32,000 nt of DNA. It comes from Zygophlyctis sp. KS116. Its lineage: Eukaryota; Fungi; Chytridiomycota. The DNA lies in assembly GCA_054661495.1 (NCBI GenBank), contig BAAFSQ010000002.1:86162-118161 (forward strand), written 5' to 3'. Both the position numbers and the translations under genes were made by a program. The notes under the pieces are model-generated. The model ran no database searches. It had not been told where the DNA came from and worked only from the letters and a program-made list of their open reading frames with translations. Below, in pieces: positions 13,275 to 25,063 of this stretch (position 1 is the first letter of the stretch; the number at the start of each line of letters is the position of its first letter).

Positions 13275-13445
13275 GTTAATAGATTTCTTTTTGTATTTTC
13301 TTTATCATTGCTGATGACTGTTTGGATCTCTGCTGATACTAAAATCTAATAGTTTTGATCAGAGTTTAACAATGTAATGATATTGCTTATTTTAGACTGA
13401 AAGAACGCAAAAGAGTGCGCGTGTTCGTCGCGTTGTAAGAAGCAA

Positions 13446-14154
13446 ATGATTAGAGGAGACGGCGACTTTGATGATTCAAGCCTGAAAATTCATAGAAAGT
13501 TAGTAATCGTTGGAGATGGAGAGTGCGGAAAGACTTCCTTGTTAGCGGTTCAGGTAATTTTGTTGCATTAAGTTTATAGTCTGGCCTTCCATTCCCTGAA
13601 GATTACATTCCAACTATTTTTGAAAATTACACTTCTAGCATCCCTGTCGGCAATAAGAATGTTGAATTAAGTCTTTGGGATACTGCCGGACAAGAAGATT
13701 ATGATCGCCTAAGACCGTTATCTTATCCAGACTCAAACGTCATTGGTAATTTACTAAACTTACAAAAGTCTTTGCATTTTCAATTACAAATCGGGAAAGT
13801 TATGATAATGTTTTGGCAAGAGTAAGGTATTTTTATTAATCAAAAGTGGCATCCTGAAATTAAACATTTTCTACCAAATGTTCCAAGAATTCTTGTAGCA
13901 ACTAAAAAGGATTTGAGACAAGATTCAAAAACAATTGCACTATTATCGGAAAAAGCGTCAAAACCAATCACATATGAACAGGTATAATCAATTAACAATA
14001 ATCATAGGGAGTTGCATTAATGCAAGATATAGGGGCAGTAAAATATTTTGAGACTTCTGCAAAGACGTTGGAAGGTGTTAAAGAACTTTTTGCATGTGCG
14101 GCAAAAGTATCATTAAAGAACAAGGCTAAATTCCAAAAATGTAGAATATTATAA
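13446..14154 (+). CDS. Rho-family small GTPase (absent from the ORF track), 5 exons
   Basis: Spliced product has [66 protein letters not shown] and the CAAX end CRIL*. Introns: 13554-13579, 13746-13768, 13822-13846, 13982-14007 (26/23/25/26 nt). Confidence 0.95.
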
Positions 14155-14162
14155 TAAATATA

Positions 14163-14220
14163 TTTTGAATCTATTGATCGGTTTTAAATCTATTGATCGG
14201 TTTTAAATCTATTTGATCGT
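14163..14220. repeat. Intergenic tandem repeat, 19-nt unit x3
   Basis: ttttgaatctattgatcgg / ttttaaatctattgatcgg / ttttaaatctatttgatcgt. Confidence 0.9.
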
Positions 14221-14240
14221 TGATTTTACGTGTTTTCAGA

Positions 14241-17200
14241 ATGAAGGTATCATCCAATCTATTAAAGATAGCAAGTTTTTGATTTGAATTTTAAAAGCGC
14301 AAACGTTTCCGTCAAATGGCAATATACTCAAAGTTTAATTGCGATAAAGTAATTTCTTAATATTAATAAAAGAACGGATGACAAGGTGTTCGTGTCTGAT
14401 AAGTTTGGTGATATCAAGGAAACTATACATGGGTATCAAACGGCATTCTAAATTTAAGACAGTCAAAGGCAATAGAATGGTCGCCAAATGATAAAATTCT
14501 AGCATTATTGTTACCTGCATTAGCCCAGTTGATGTTATGGAATTCGGACAAAACCCAAACTTTTGATGTTAAAATGAAGCATGCAGACTTTTTATTATTT
14601 TCAGCAGACTCTAATCATGTAGTAGTTGGAAATGACAAAGGAAATTTAATGTTTTTGGATTTAATTGGCAAAAATGAATCAATGGTGATTGTTGGAAAAC
14701 ATTCAAAATCAATTATATCTGGTGCATCTTGGAATGATCAGATTGCTCTTGGATCAGAAGATAAATCTATTTCCATTTCAAATTATAGTGGTGATACATT
14801 ACGTATTATTTCTGGACTTAAGGGGGCACCAAGTAACTTGAATGTAATATTTTTTGATTTCATTTTGTTAGTGGAAAACGATAAATGATACTGATATTAT
14901 GAATTTGACAGCTTTGATTAATGATAAATCTATCTTGTTTCACACAGCAAATGGTGATAAAGAAATCACTTTAAATAGTAAATATGGATCTGCTATTAAA
15001 TATCATTGGACAAATTCTGATCAAATCATTGTTGGATATGACTCGGGATGGGTGTCTATTCTTTCATGTGGTAAATAATCACTTTAATGAATAAAGGCGC
15101 CTCTGATTTTGGAAGTGAAGTATTTGCAGCCAAGAATCATAAGGACTCTTTAAGTGACTTGGCAGTATCTAAATCTCTTAATTATTATGGAACCTGCGGG
15201 GATGGAGTAGTTAAAGTACATGATTTGTCCGATCCAAAAGTATTATATTTCAAGCTCATTATAGGATACATGTCACATTATAACTCTAGATGAAGAAAGA
15301 GGAAATTTACAGACTCTTGTTTGGTCTAACGACGGCCAATTCATGACTATAACAACAAAGAGGTGAATTTATTAAATATTTAGTATATAGTGGGAAAGTT
15401 AAAACATTCTTATCCAAATTGCCTGCACTTTATGGACTTTCAAATGACCGCATTGCATATTTATCATCAATTAACCAAATAACAATTGCAAGCTTATCCA
15501 ACCCAGAAAACTCGATTAAGCAATCATTAGAAATTGAGCCTTCGATTATTGGATTATATGATAATAATTTGGCTTTTGGTATGAATAATAAGATTCAATT
15601 TAATTCTGTCGACAAAGAAAGTACTGCTCCAGATATAGTTCGAAAGGTATATTGATTATGGAATTGATTATTTATCATAGGATTATGTTTCGACAGTCAA
15701 AAATATTTTTCTAAATTCAAATTATGCAGCTGCTCTTTTGACTGATGGAAGAATACAGATACATGAAATAGTCAGAAGTCCTTCATCTAAAGGAGATTTG
15801 ATTCTTTCTGGGCTAAACAGTAATGATTTCATTTCTGATGCATCTTTGACATCAATATCTTTGGTGCTAGGTACCGAAGAGGGCAACATTCGCTACTATG
15901 GATGTGAAGAATGGGGAATCTTATACGTATACAAGCACTCTGTAATTAAAAGTGCAGGCTAACTATAGTGTGGAATAAAAATGATTTCCCCCCAACTTCA
16001 AAATGGAGTTAAATCAATTTTTATAGATTCTATGAATCATGCATATCTTTTAAATCCTGTAACAAAAGCAGTATTTCAAATTTCAGACTGGCCGGGTAAA
16101 TCATCACTGTAAAATTCATATCTAGACAAAACTAGTGGTGTTATTTGGAATCTTAAAAAATTATCCATTTTTGTCGCTTGGAATGAACATACCATAAATG
16201 TGTACAGCTATCATCAACACAGTTTGAAAGGTACTAAATGTGATCTGGTTGACTCGATACGTACCCCTTTTGGACTAAGGCCAGTTTCATTTATAGACCA
16301 TAAACTATATTGTTTGGTATTTTTTTGAACGATTAATAATAGACACCTTCTGGTAGATTAGATGTAGTTGAACTAGTGAAATTTAAAAATTGTCAGGCTA
16401 TTATGAAGAAAGACTCTGATGAGTCCCAGATAAATCAATTACGAGCCCTTTATCACTATGGGCTTTTTGGAGAACTTTGGGAAGCTTCAAAGCAAATAAA
16501 ATCTAGGAGAGTTTGGACAGCAGTAGCTGAGACTGCGTTAGAATTACTTGATTTGAATGTAGCTGCTAGAATTTATCAGCAAATTCTTTCAGACGCTAGC
16601 GTTGCTATCACTATTGATCGATTAAGGAAAATTGAAGACAGAAATGAGCTTTTGGGTCATATTGCAGTTATTTTCAAGAATTTTGATTTGGCACAGGTAT
16701 ATTTTTGTAAAGCAATTGATAATTCTAGAAGTTTTTTTTATCCAGTAATAATCCAAAAGAAGCTTTGATAATGAGACATGATTTGTGTCATTGGGATCAG
16801 GCCCTTATTTTGGCCAAATCATTTGCAATTGAAGAAATATCAATAATTGCGAGAGACTTCGGAAATCAACTGGAAATGGATGGTAAATCAGCACTTTAAT
16901 AAAATCCTAGGAAAATATTCAGAATCATTAGCGATGTATGAATTAGGAATCTCCAATTTAAAATCATGCACTATTTCCGAGGAATCTGCATCCAATTTGA
17001 AGCGTTCAATTGTGGTGGGCTTATCCAGAACTCTTCTTCATATGGGTGATATATCAAAAGGAATGAGATTGATAGCCAACGTTAGCGATGCTAATTTTTT
17101 GCAGGAATGTGCGTCAATTCTTGAAAGACTAAAACAATACTCAGAAGCAGCGGGTCTTCTCGAAAAAATTGCAAAATGGAATAATGCAGCACAAATATGG

Positions 17201-19053
17201 GTAAAAGGTAAGAAGGTTCCTTTATCTAATTCAAGCGAAAAACTGGGATCGCATAGGATCTATCTTAGACAAAATAACCAATATCAACGTTCTAACACAG
17301 TATGCTCGCGCAAAAGAAAGTAACTCGTATTGTTATTTTTAATCACAATAGGTGAAAAGTCTTATAAAGAAGCTGTGGCCGGATATAGTAAAGCCCAGGA
17401 TTATGAAAATCTAGTGCGAGTTCTTCTTGAGAATCTGCATGATGTAGATACTGCTATTAAAGTTATCAGAAAAACACATTCAAGAGATTCTGCAAAGCTT
17501 ATCGTTTCGTATCTTCAGGAAAAATCTGATTTTAAATCCGTCATTGAATTTTGTTTGATGGCTGGAATGGAGAAAGAGGCATATGAAATCGCACATGTAA
17601 TTTTGAAGTGTATTTTTAATATCAGCTGAGAGATCTTATGGAGTATTATGCCGAGTTGGTAAAAGATGACGCCAATTATGAAGATTGTAAACAGTTAAGC
17701 TATTTAACGCATAGTGATAGACATATCGACATATTTTGAGAAAAAAGGACAATTTAATCTTGCTGGTAAATATATGCTGCTGACTGGAAATTATTCTAAA
17801 TCCTTGAAATTAATCCTTCGTAGCTCATCTTTGGATACTGCAGGTATGGAATTAGCGATTACAACAATTGGACAGGCTAAAAGCGAGACTCTGACAAATG
17901 AATTTATTTCATACTTGATGGGTGATATTGATGGTGTACCTAAAGTATGGATGATATAATTATATTAATAATATATAGGATGCAAAATATATATTCAAGC
18001 TTTACATGTCTTTGGGGCAATATAAAGAGGCTGCCAAAACTGCAATAGTTATAGCTAGAGAAGAACAAACAATTGGTATTTTTTGAGTTTAAAGAATATT
18101 AGGAAATTATCGTGCTGCTCATGATTTACTGCTTGAAAATTATATCCAACTGCGGTCATTCAGTTGTAAAATTCCTTATGAAATGGATAGAATGCTAATG
18201 CTGGTTCATAGCTATATAATAGTTAAAGTAAGAAGTTATGTACGTTTGAAATTTTAGCTTCTGGTTAAAAGTGATGATCATATAAAGGCAGCTAGAATGC
18301 TAGTAAGGATATCTGCGAATATTTCCAAATTCCCTGCACATGCTGTTCAAATTTTAACTTCGACTGTTGTAGAGTGCTACAGATCTGGTCTCAAAAAGCT
18401 AGCATTTGATCATGCAGCTACTTTGATGCGTCCCGAATATCGACAGCAGATAGATCCAAAGTTCAAAAGGAAAATCGAGCAGATAATTAGGTATTTCATA
18501 GAATTTGTTGAGACACTAGGAGGCCCGAAAATGACGATTTCGAAGAAGCTGCATCACCATGCCCATATTGCTGCACCATGGTAAAGGAGACTGATCTTAA
18601 ATGTGATGATTGCAAGAACGTAATACCATATTGCATCGCAACAGTACATTATTTATTTTTCATTGAAAGGGCTATCATATGACATTAAAAGACTGGACGC
18701 AATGCGATTTTTGTCTCTTCCCTGCACGTTACAGCTTCTTTAAAGAATACATTAAAGGAAACGATTGCCCAATGTGCACTCACAAAATTGTTGCCTCTGA
18801 TATTAAACTTATTCCGGAAGAAAGGGTAATGGGGATTCTGAAAGGGAAGCTGGAATCCATCGAACATACTGAAGATTTGGCCCATGAAGAGATGTCAGTT
18901 GGAATGAAGCGTTCTTCGATCAAAATATCGGATGAATCAAATTTACTACTTATGCCTCCAGCAACCAGCGATAGTTACATAAATGGATATGATCAGGGGG
19001 AAAACCTTCTTCCCCCAGGGGTTATAAGTGGCTCTGGAGGCATGGCAATTTAA
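14241..19053 (+). CDS. WDR19: WD repeat protein 19 / IFT144 (IFT-A subunit), ~22 introns
   Basis: 6-nt first coding exon (ATG AAG, then intron 14247-14271). WD40 region with [21 protein letters not shown], followed by [73 protein letters not shown], and the C-terminal Zn-binding CPYC...IPYCIATG...CPMC. Confidence 0.94.
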
Positions 19054-19093
19054 ATATGACTTTAAAAACGACTAAATGTTGTTATTAATAACT

Positions 19094-21635
19094 TTAAGCA
19101 TTCCATTTTTTCATATCTTCAAGAGATATGTTTAAATTGATCATTTTTTTGTTCCCTTTCTGACTTTTCTTCTCAATCTTTTTATTTGAAATTGGGGCTT
19201 TCAATGATTTGCTCTTATTGGCTTTCTGAGGAATATCATTTTTTCTCTTGGGCGTCTTATTGGCTTTCTGAGGAATATCATTTTTTGTCTTGGGCGCAGT
19301 TTTCAATTTTTTTTCAGCAACTGGTTCATTCTTTTTAGATTTCTGATATTTGCTTTTTACTGCTTCCTTAGACTTTGATGGTATATCTTTAATCTTTTTT
19401 GATCGTTTCTGCTCACTAGTATCATCTTCTATCTTTCTCTTTTTATTTCCAGGCGCTGTCTTTGGATTATTTCTTTCAGTTCTTCGTTTTAAAACTAGTT
19501 TGTTTTCAACAGCAAACTCCACGATAGGTCTGTGACGATTGCCTTTTTCTTTAACTTCTTCCTGAGCATCTGGAAGAGTGAACGCATTTGGGTTATTATT
19601 CATCCATCTCAAACACGCTAAAGCGTCACAATGATGAAGAAACTCCACAAATCCATAACCTTTAGAGCGACCCAGTTTAGATTCTGTTTCAATTCTATCT
19701 TTACTACGCAGGATCTTTGCCTATGTATTAAGATCAAAAAACCGTACCTGCTTCACCCAGACTTTCTTTTTCCCAATTGGGCTGTACTTAGCTTGTTTGG
19801 CCTCTTCCATAACTTCAGGCTCCAAGCTTTCACGGGTTCCTTCCTGTATCTCCTCCCAAAAACAGCGAACTGCATTTTGGGCAGCACTCTGTAATAATTT
19901 ATCATCAACCTTCAGATTCAAATTTCGGATACTCAATCGGGTTTTTGACATGAACAAATTCGGATTGAGAGCTAACAGGCGTTTTCTTTCAGAATAGCTT
20001 TTTTGTCTTCTTGAGACTTCAGAGGGAGACATTCCTTTCGCAGCATCAGAATCAGGTAATATCACACCTTCAGTCATCAAATACATATTTCGTTTATCTT
20101 CTGCTCTTCTTTTTGCCTTTCCATCTTTTGCAGCTTGAGTTGCGTCTGATCTACTCAACGCCCAAGAAATATTTAATAAACGACCACTTAAAAAGAATGG
20201 TGAATTTATCAGATCCTTCGTGGGTTCCGGAGTAAGAGAAGAAACTGCCTTTTTCCCTCCTTTACCCGAGAATTGACTTTCCTTCCATTCATCTACAGCA
20301 GATGTATGCATAAATTCTTGATAAGAGTTGTAACATGCCTTTGCATCTTCTTCTTCAAAAAAGCATACAAAACCTGTACCACGAGAATGACCAGTCTCCA
20401 AATCCATTGTGATTCGACAATACCTTAGTTTTCCAAATACACCAAGGCATTTTTCCAAATCATCTTGAGTGACCTCGTACGACAGATTACGAATAAATAG
20501 AGTTGTTTCTTCCATAAATTTATTTGGTTTCTTTTTTTGATCGTTTGATTGAACTTTCTCATCATCATTAACTTGGGAGTTGGGCAGACTTATTTCTTCA
20601 TGAGCACTTTCTTCTTCAAAATCCTCAGGATCTGAATCATCGTCATCATTTTGTGAGTCATTATCAGCATTAAGAGACTCATCAATTAGTATAGAATTGT
20701 CATTATTCAATTCAGATTCGTCCTTTACTTGCGAAATAACCGCAGAGTCTTGAGTTTTGGTTTGATTTTTACCCGATTCCAATTCAACAACTAAAAATTA
20801 CAATTTATGAATTACATTCTTTTTTGGATACAGCCCAATCAATAATCATTTCTCTGCCTCGAATTTTCTTTCCTTTTAAACCCAAAATTGCCTTTTCGCA
20901 GTCTTCCTTTGAATTATACTCTAAAAATGCAAATCCTTTCCCTCTAGTTTCACTTTTAGAAGGTACCGAAATGTCTTTTACATCTCCAAACTCTGCTGCG
21001 ACTTTTCTAATGTCATTTTCCGTGCACTGAAAATGCAAATTTTTCAAAAACAATCTGTATCTCTGCTTTTTTGCTAATTCAGCCTTAATCTTGACACCTT
21101 TAAACACATGATCATTAAGATGTTTGAATGCATTAGCTGCTTCTTCATTAGAATTGTAATCTACTATTGCGGTTTTAGCCCCTTCGGAATACTTTATAGA
21201 TGATACTGTACCATACTTTTTGACCTTTTTATAAAGTTGTTTTTGGGTAATGCAAGCTGGTAAATCACTAATAAGCAGAGATTTCATTGATCTCGAAGCC
21301 ATTCCCTCAATCTTTTGTATCTTTGGACTAATTTCTTCCTTTTCTTTTTGATCAGATGGAGATTCGGCAGTCTGACGATCATTTGGCTTTCGGGCAAATT
21401 GTATTTTAAGAAATCTGAGATCCATAAACTTTTTTTTCTTGAGCGCTGGGATTGCCTTTGCTGCATCATCAGCCAAAACAAAAGTAACAAACCCAGTTCC
21501 TGCATTCTTGGAGGGATCGGTCTTATCTTGGACTACAAAGCATGATCGCAAAGGTCCAACTTCAGAGCAGAAGGTTTCCAGATCTTTAGAGGTTGCTGAA
21601 TATGGGAGAGTTGAGACAAATAGAGTATTTTCCAT
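19094..21635 (-). CDS. NOP4: Nucleolar multi-RRM protein Nop4 / RBM28
   Basis: Multiple RRMs (TLFVSTLPY, GKGFAFLEY, TLFIRNLSY..SRGTGFVCF), an acidic linker, and EDKRNMYLMTEG, NPNLFMSKTRLSIRNL, GRSKGYGFVEF, ALACLRWMNNNP, RPIVEFAVEN. Introns at 20791-20815 and 19721-19747. First ATG at 21635. Confidence 0.92.
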
Positions 21636-21781
21636 TAGGGCCGTAAAAGGGATCCTTGCACACGAATGTCCGAAATTTTTCACCCGTTCAGACAATTTTA
21701 CATCGCTCAATCTAATAAAATATTTTTTTAGTTTAAATTACATATGACAACAAAACAATTAAAAACTTGATCCGAATAACT

Positions 21782-23631
21782 CTAACGATTCATTGGTAGA
21801 GTAGAATTTTCTGAAGCAAATTCTAAGCTTGAGTTATATTTTAGACTTGAGATTTGGTTATAAAGGACTGAAAGGACCTGTGAGTTTCGGGTAACACTAT
21901 AATCTACTAATGTATGATTGCAAATTGGATCATTATATGTAAGATCAGAAAGCATCACTGCTTTTATCAAAACGTATTTCTAAAAATAAATAATCAAAAA
22001 TATACCTTTAAAACAAAAGGATTGAATATTTGAGAGAACCAGGTTGATTTGATTAAAAGCTCTGACTCACCTGCTGATTCAACATAGTAAGCTGCCCCAG
22101 CATCCCAAAGGATCAGTGGCTTCTTCTTTTTGGCAACATATGTATCATATAGATTTACATTTCCTCCTGTGAGTTGCTGTTCAAAGGAAATTCCAAAGGG
22201 ATTTTTAGAATCAATCAAGGTTTTGGGAGGTAACACGTTGAGCGTATCATTTAATTCCATAGAAGAATTGGTAAATGTTGAGTTGGCAGAATAGGACATA
22301 TTGACAAATGGATTAGGATTAATAATGCCCCTGAAAATTGAAGATAAACCAATCCAATCAACTAATATAAAAAAATATAATATTACCAACATCATCACCA
22401 GGATAGTATGGTGAAAAAGGATCATCATTACTATCAAACACACCATCCTTGTTTGTATCTAAAAGCTTAAAACTAGAGCTATTCTTTAAAATAGCTTCTG
22501 CTCTGCCAAATGGATATCCAGTAGCCTTTAAATTTAATTTAATTTAAAATCATACAGGTGCCGGAGACCAAACCATTGCTGTATGATTAGTCCTGTTTTT
22601 AATACTCAAACTTAGATATCTAAACCATGAAACAAAAATTTGTGGGTTTTGTCCAAAAGACCACCAATTCCCTAAAAATTTAGTAAATTCTATTTACCAT
22701 TCATGTCTGGAGCAAATCTTATTAGAATGCTTAAATTCATATTATTCAATTTGATAACTTGATCAGAAAATTTCTTTAGTAAATTTTGAGAAATATTCCC
22801 TATTGGCAACACATCTATTCCCATAATCGCACCTGTTCCTTTTATAAGATTAGCCTGCCATTCTAAAACATTTGGAATTGAATGCAATATTCCTATAAAA
22901 TTTAAAAATGTGATATTACCACTTGAATTAACTTTTCCAGACAAATTTAAAACATCTCCCATATCAACATTAAGAATAACCTTTACGCCAAAAATAGCAT
23001 TCTTAATATTCAAAATTCGATTTATATATTGTGGATCATCAATTGACCAATCGAAATCCATTCCAAAATAAGTAGAATGATTTGTTAAATTGTTTAGACG
23101 CACTGGAAGTCCCATGTTTGAATGATCACTAGGCTTACCACCATGCGGACCTAAAGTCCCATCAAAATCACTTGATGTAGGAGTTACATAGTACATACAA
23201 GATATGATGATTATAAAGCATGTTAGAAAAAATATGAGAATAAGCGGTTTCAGCCTACATCTCCCCAAATACTTTGAGTAGAAAAAGGAACAATTCCTAT
23301 GAGATTTTGGATATTCAGCCGATAACAACTCTCTCCTCGAAGAAAATTCATACCCCCAAGCATCGGTAAACGGCACCTCTACAGATTCATTGAGTGACGC
23401 TAAACTTGTTTCAGTCATTGCAATTATTCCAGCACTTGTATTTATTTGCGGTTTCCTATTTTCTCTCTTGACAATGTATGGCTTGATGGATTGAAGATTT
23501 ATTGTTTTTTCCGATAATGATTTAGGAAGTATGGTAGAAAGATTCTTTTCCAAGAGAGCATGATCTTTGAGTCTATCTGAACCAAGACTGCATATATCAG
23601 GGTGCCACATCTCCATCTGAACTTGAGCCAT
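21782..23631 (-). CDS. Single-TM GH26-like protein, probably catalytically altered; 4 introns
   Basis: Cytosolic N-terminus, then TM segment LILIFFLTCFIIIISCMYYV. GH26-type motifs after splicing: IRFAPDMNGNW, MVWSPAPATGYPF, LDTNKDG..DSNDDPFSPYYPGDDVVDWIGLS, KKPLILWDAGA, TWFSQIFN...KY..IKAV. Confidence 0.8.
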
Positions 23632-23681
23632 CAAAATTAACGCCAAAATCACTCAAATTTTCGCGTTTTTGAGATCCGCAA
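23632..23681. promoter_or_regulatory. Putative 50-nt bidirectional promoter (GH26-like / NCA2)
   Basis: Head-to-head ATGs at 23631 (-) and 23682 (+), with AAATTTTCGCGTTTT between them. Confidence 0.55.
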
Positions 23682-25044
23682 ATGGACTCGGGTGGCACTT
23701 ATACTACTTATCATACTACTGCTGATAAAGCTTTGACAGAGTCGGGACCTTTTAAAATCATGTCTAAAGATGTAGATAAAGCATACAGTAAATTATTGGA
23801 ATTTGCGATTGAATTACCAGAACAGATAACTTACTGGAATCAAATTTCAGTTTGGCGCCTTGGCACGTTTTATTCTAGTGAGGATATTAATGAGAAAATT
23901 AGAATCATCAATTCATACTATAATACTACACTCTCGATACTCGGACATTTGTATCAGCTAAAAAGGAATAATTTAAAATCCTCACAAAAAATGATAAATC
24001 TCTTAAATTCATTTTTTAGGGAATCGGACAGATCAATGAAGTCTTTAGAATCAATGACTCTTTTGGAAAAATTGGATCAATTACCTAAAATCATTCAAAA
24101 AGTTCAAAAGAAATACTTTAAGCCGTCATATTTAAAAAGAAATTGGATATCTCTACTTTTAATATCTACAATAGGAAGTTGGGCATTTATAAAAGTTTAT
24201 AAAAGTAGAAATGTTATTTATCTGGCTCTCAAGGAATTCAAAAGTACAGGATCACAATTGATTAAAGTTTGGATTTGGGAACCAATTATTAGGATTTATG
24301 AGACAATAAGGTATAAAGACTCAAAATTGAAAGTGATGGGAGCAGAGTCATTATCATCAGATTTAGATTCTTTAGAAAGAATGGTTCTGAGTTTTGCTAA
24401 AGATTCTGGAGTTTCTAATCCTCAAGATTTAAAAATGATTGGTAATAGAGCTTTAGAAGGGGATCTTAAATTCGTATTAGAATCTTATGAAGAGGATTTA
24501 AGACATCCTATTTATAGTATTAGTACTGGAGCATTAATTAGACCATTACTTATACAAATTCAAAAGGCAAAAGTTGATGCAGCACTTGCATTGTCTGCTC
24601 TGGATACTCTATTAAGATCAAATGAACTTAATTTTGCTTTTTTGGCGGTTTTACCTCTTGTTGGGGTTTTAGGAATTGGAGCAAGCTGGATGCGTGGAAG
24701 ATGGATTTATTGGTCAGGCGCAGGAAAGACAAGTCTAAAACTCTTAATGCAAAAAAGTCTAAGATCTATTGAAAAAGAATTTAACAGGAATCATCATTCA
24801 TCAAATCATATGCATCCTGAAAGTTATGGTCACATATTAGTTGACTTGTCACTGTTAAAAAGAACTGCAGCAAAGTTTTTCCACCCGATTAATTTCAAGG
24901 AATTTTTAAGTGATTTAGAGCAATTAGAAGAATGTTTTACTGACAAATGGACAGTAGGACAGGGATTAGAAACGGTATTGTAAAATATCTAAATTATAGT
25001 GTGCAAGGCTGTGTAGAACTTATCCTTGTTTAGTTCCAAGGTGA
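23682..25044 (+). CDS. NCA2: Nuclear control of ATPase protein 2 (NCA2 family)
   Basis: Motifs WIWEPI..IYETIR, SLSSDLDSLERMV, YEEDLRHPI.SI..G.LIRPLLIQIQKAKVD..LALSALD.LLRSNELNF. A terminal 25-nt intron (24975-24999) gives the C-terminus CARLCRTYPCLVPR*; without it the stop is at 24983. Confidence 0.88.
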
Positions 25045-25063
25045 AAGTGCAAGGGTCTTTATT

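Noticed and set aside
14163-14220. Short direct repeats as a CRISPR array
   Set aside because: The units abut with no spacers, the context is eukaryotic, and there are no cas genes.
7100-19053. Fragmented ORFs as pseudogenes, frameshifts or an alternative genetic code
   Set aside because: Every break I traced is resolved by a short GT-AG intron under the standard code.
19214-19296. 42-nt duplication (KNDIPQKANK x2) in the NOP4 tail
   Set aside because: Ordinary slippage in a low-complexity Lys-rich region.
21636-21710. ORF-track N-terminal extensions (also at 6005, 11485, 23652, 30043)
   Set aside because: They begin at GTG/TTG, which are prokaryote-style starts; downstream ATGs fit the families better.
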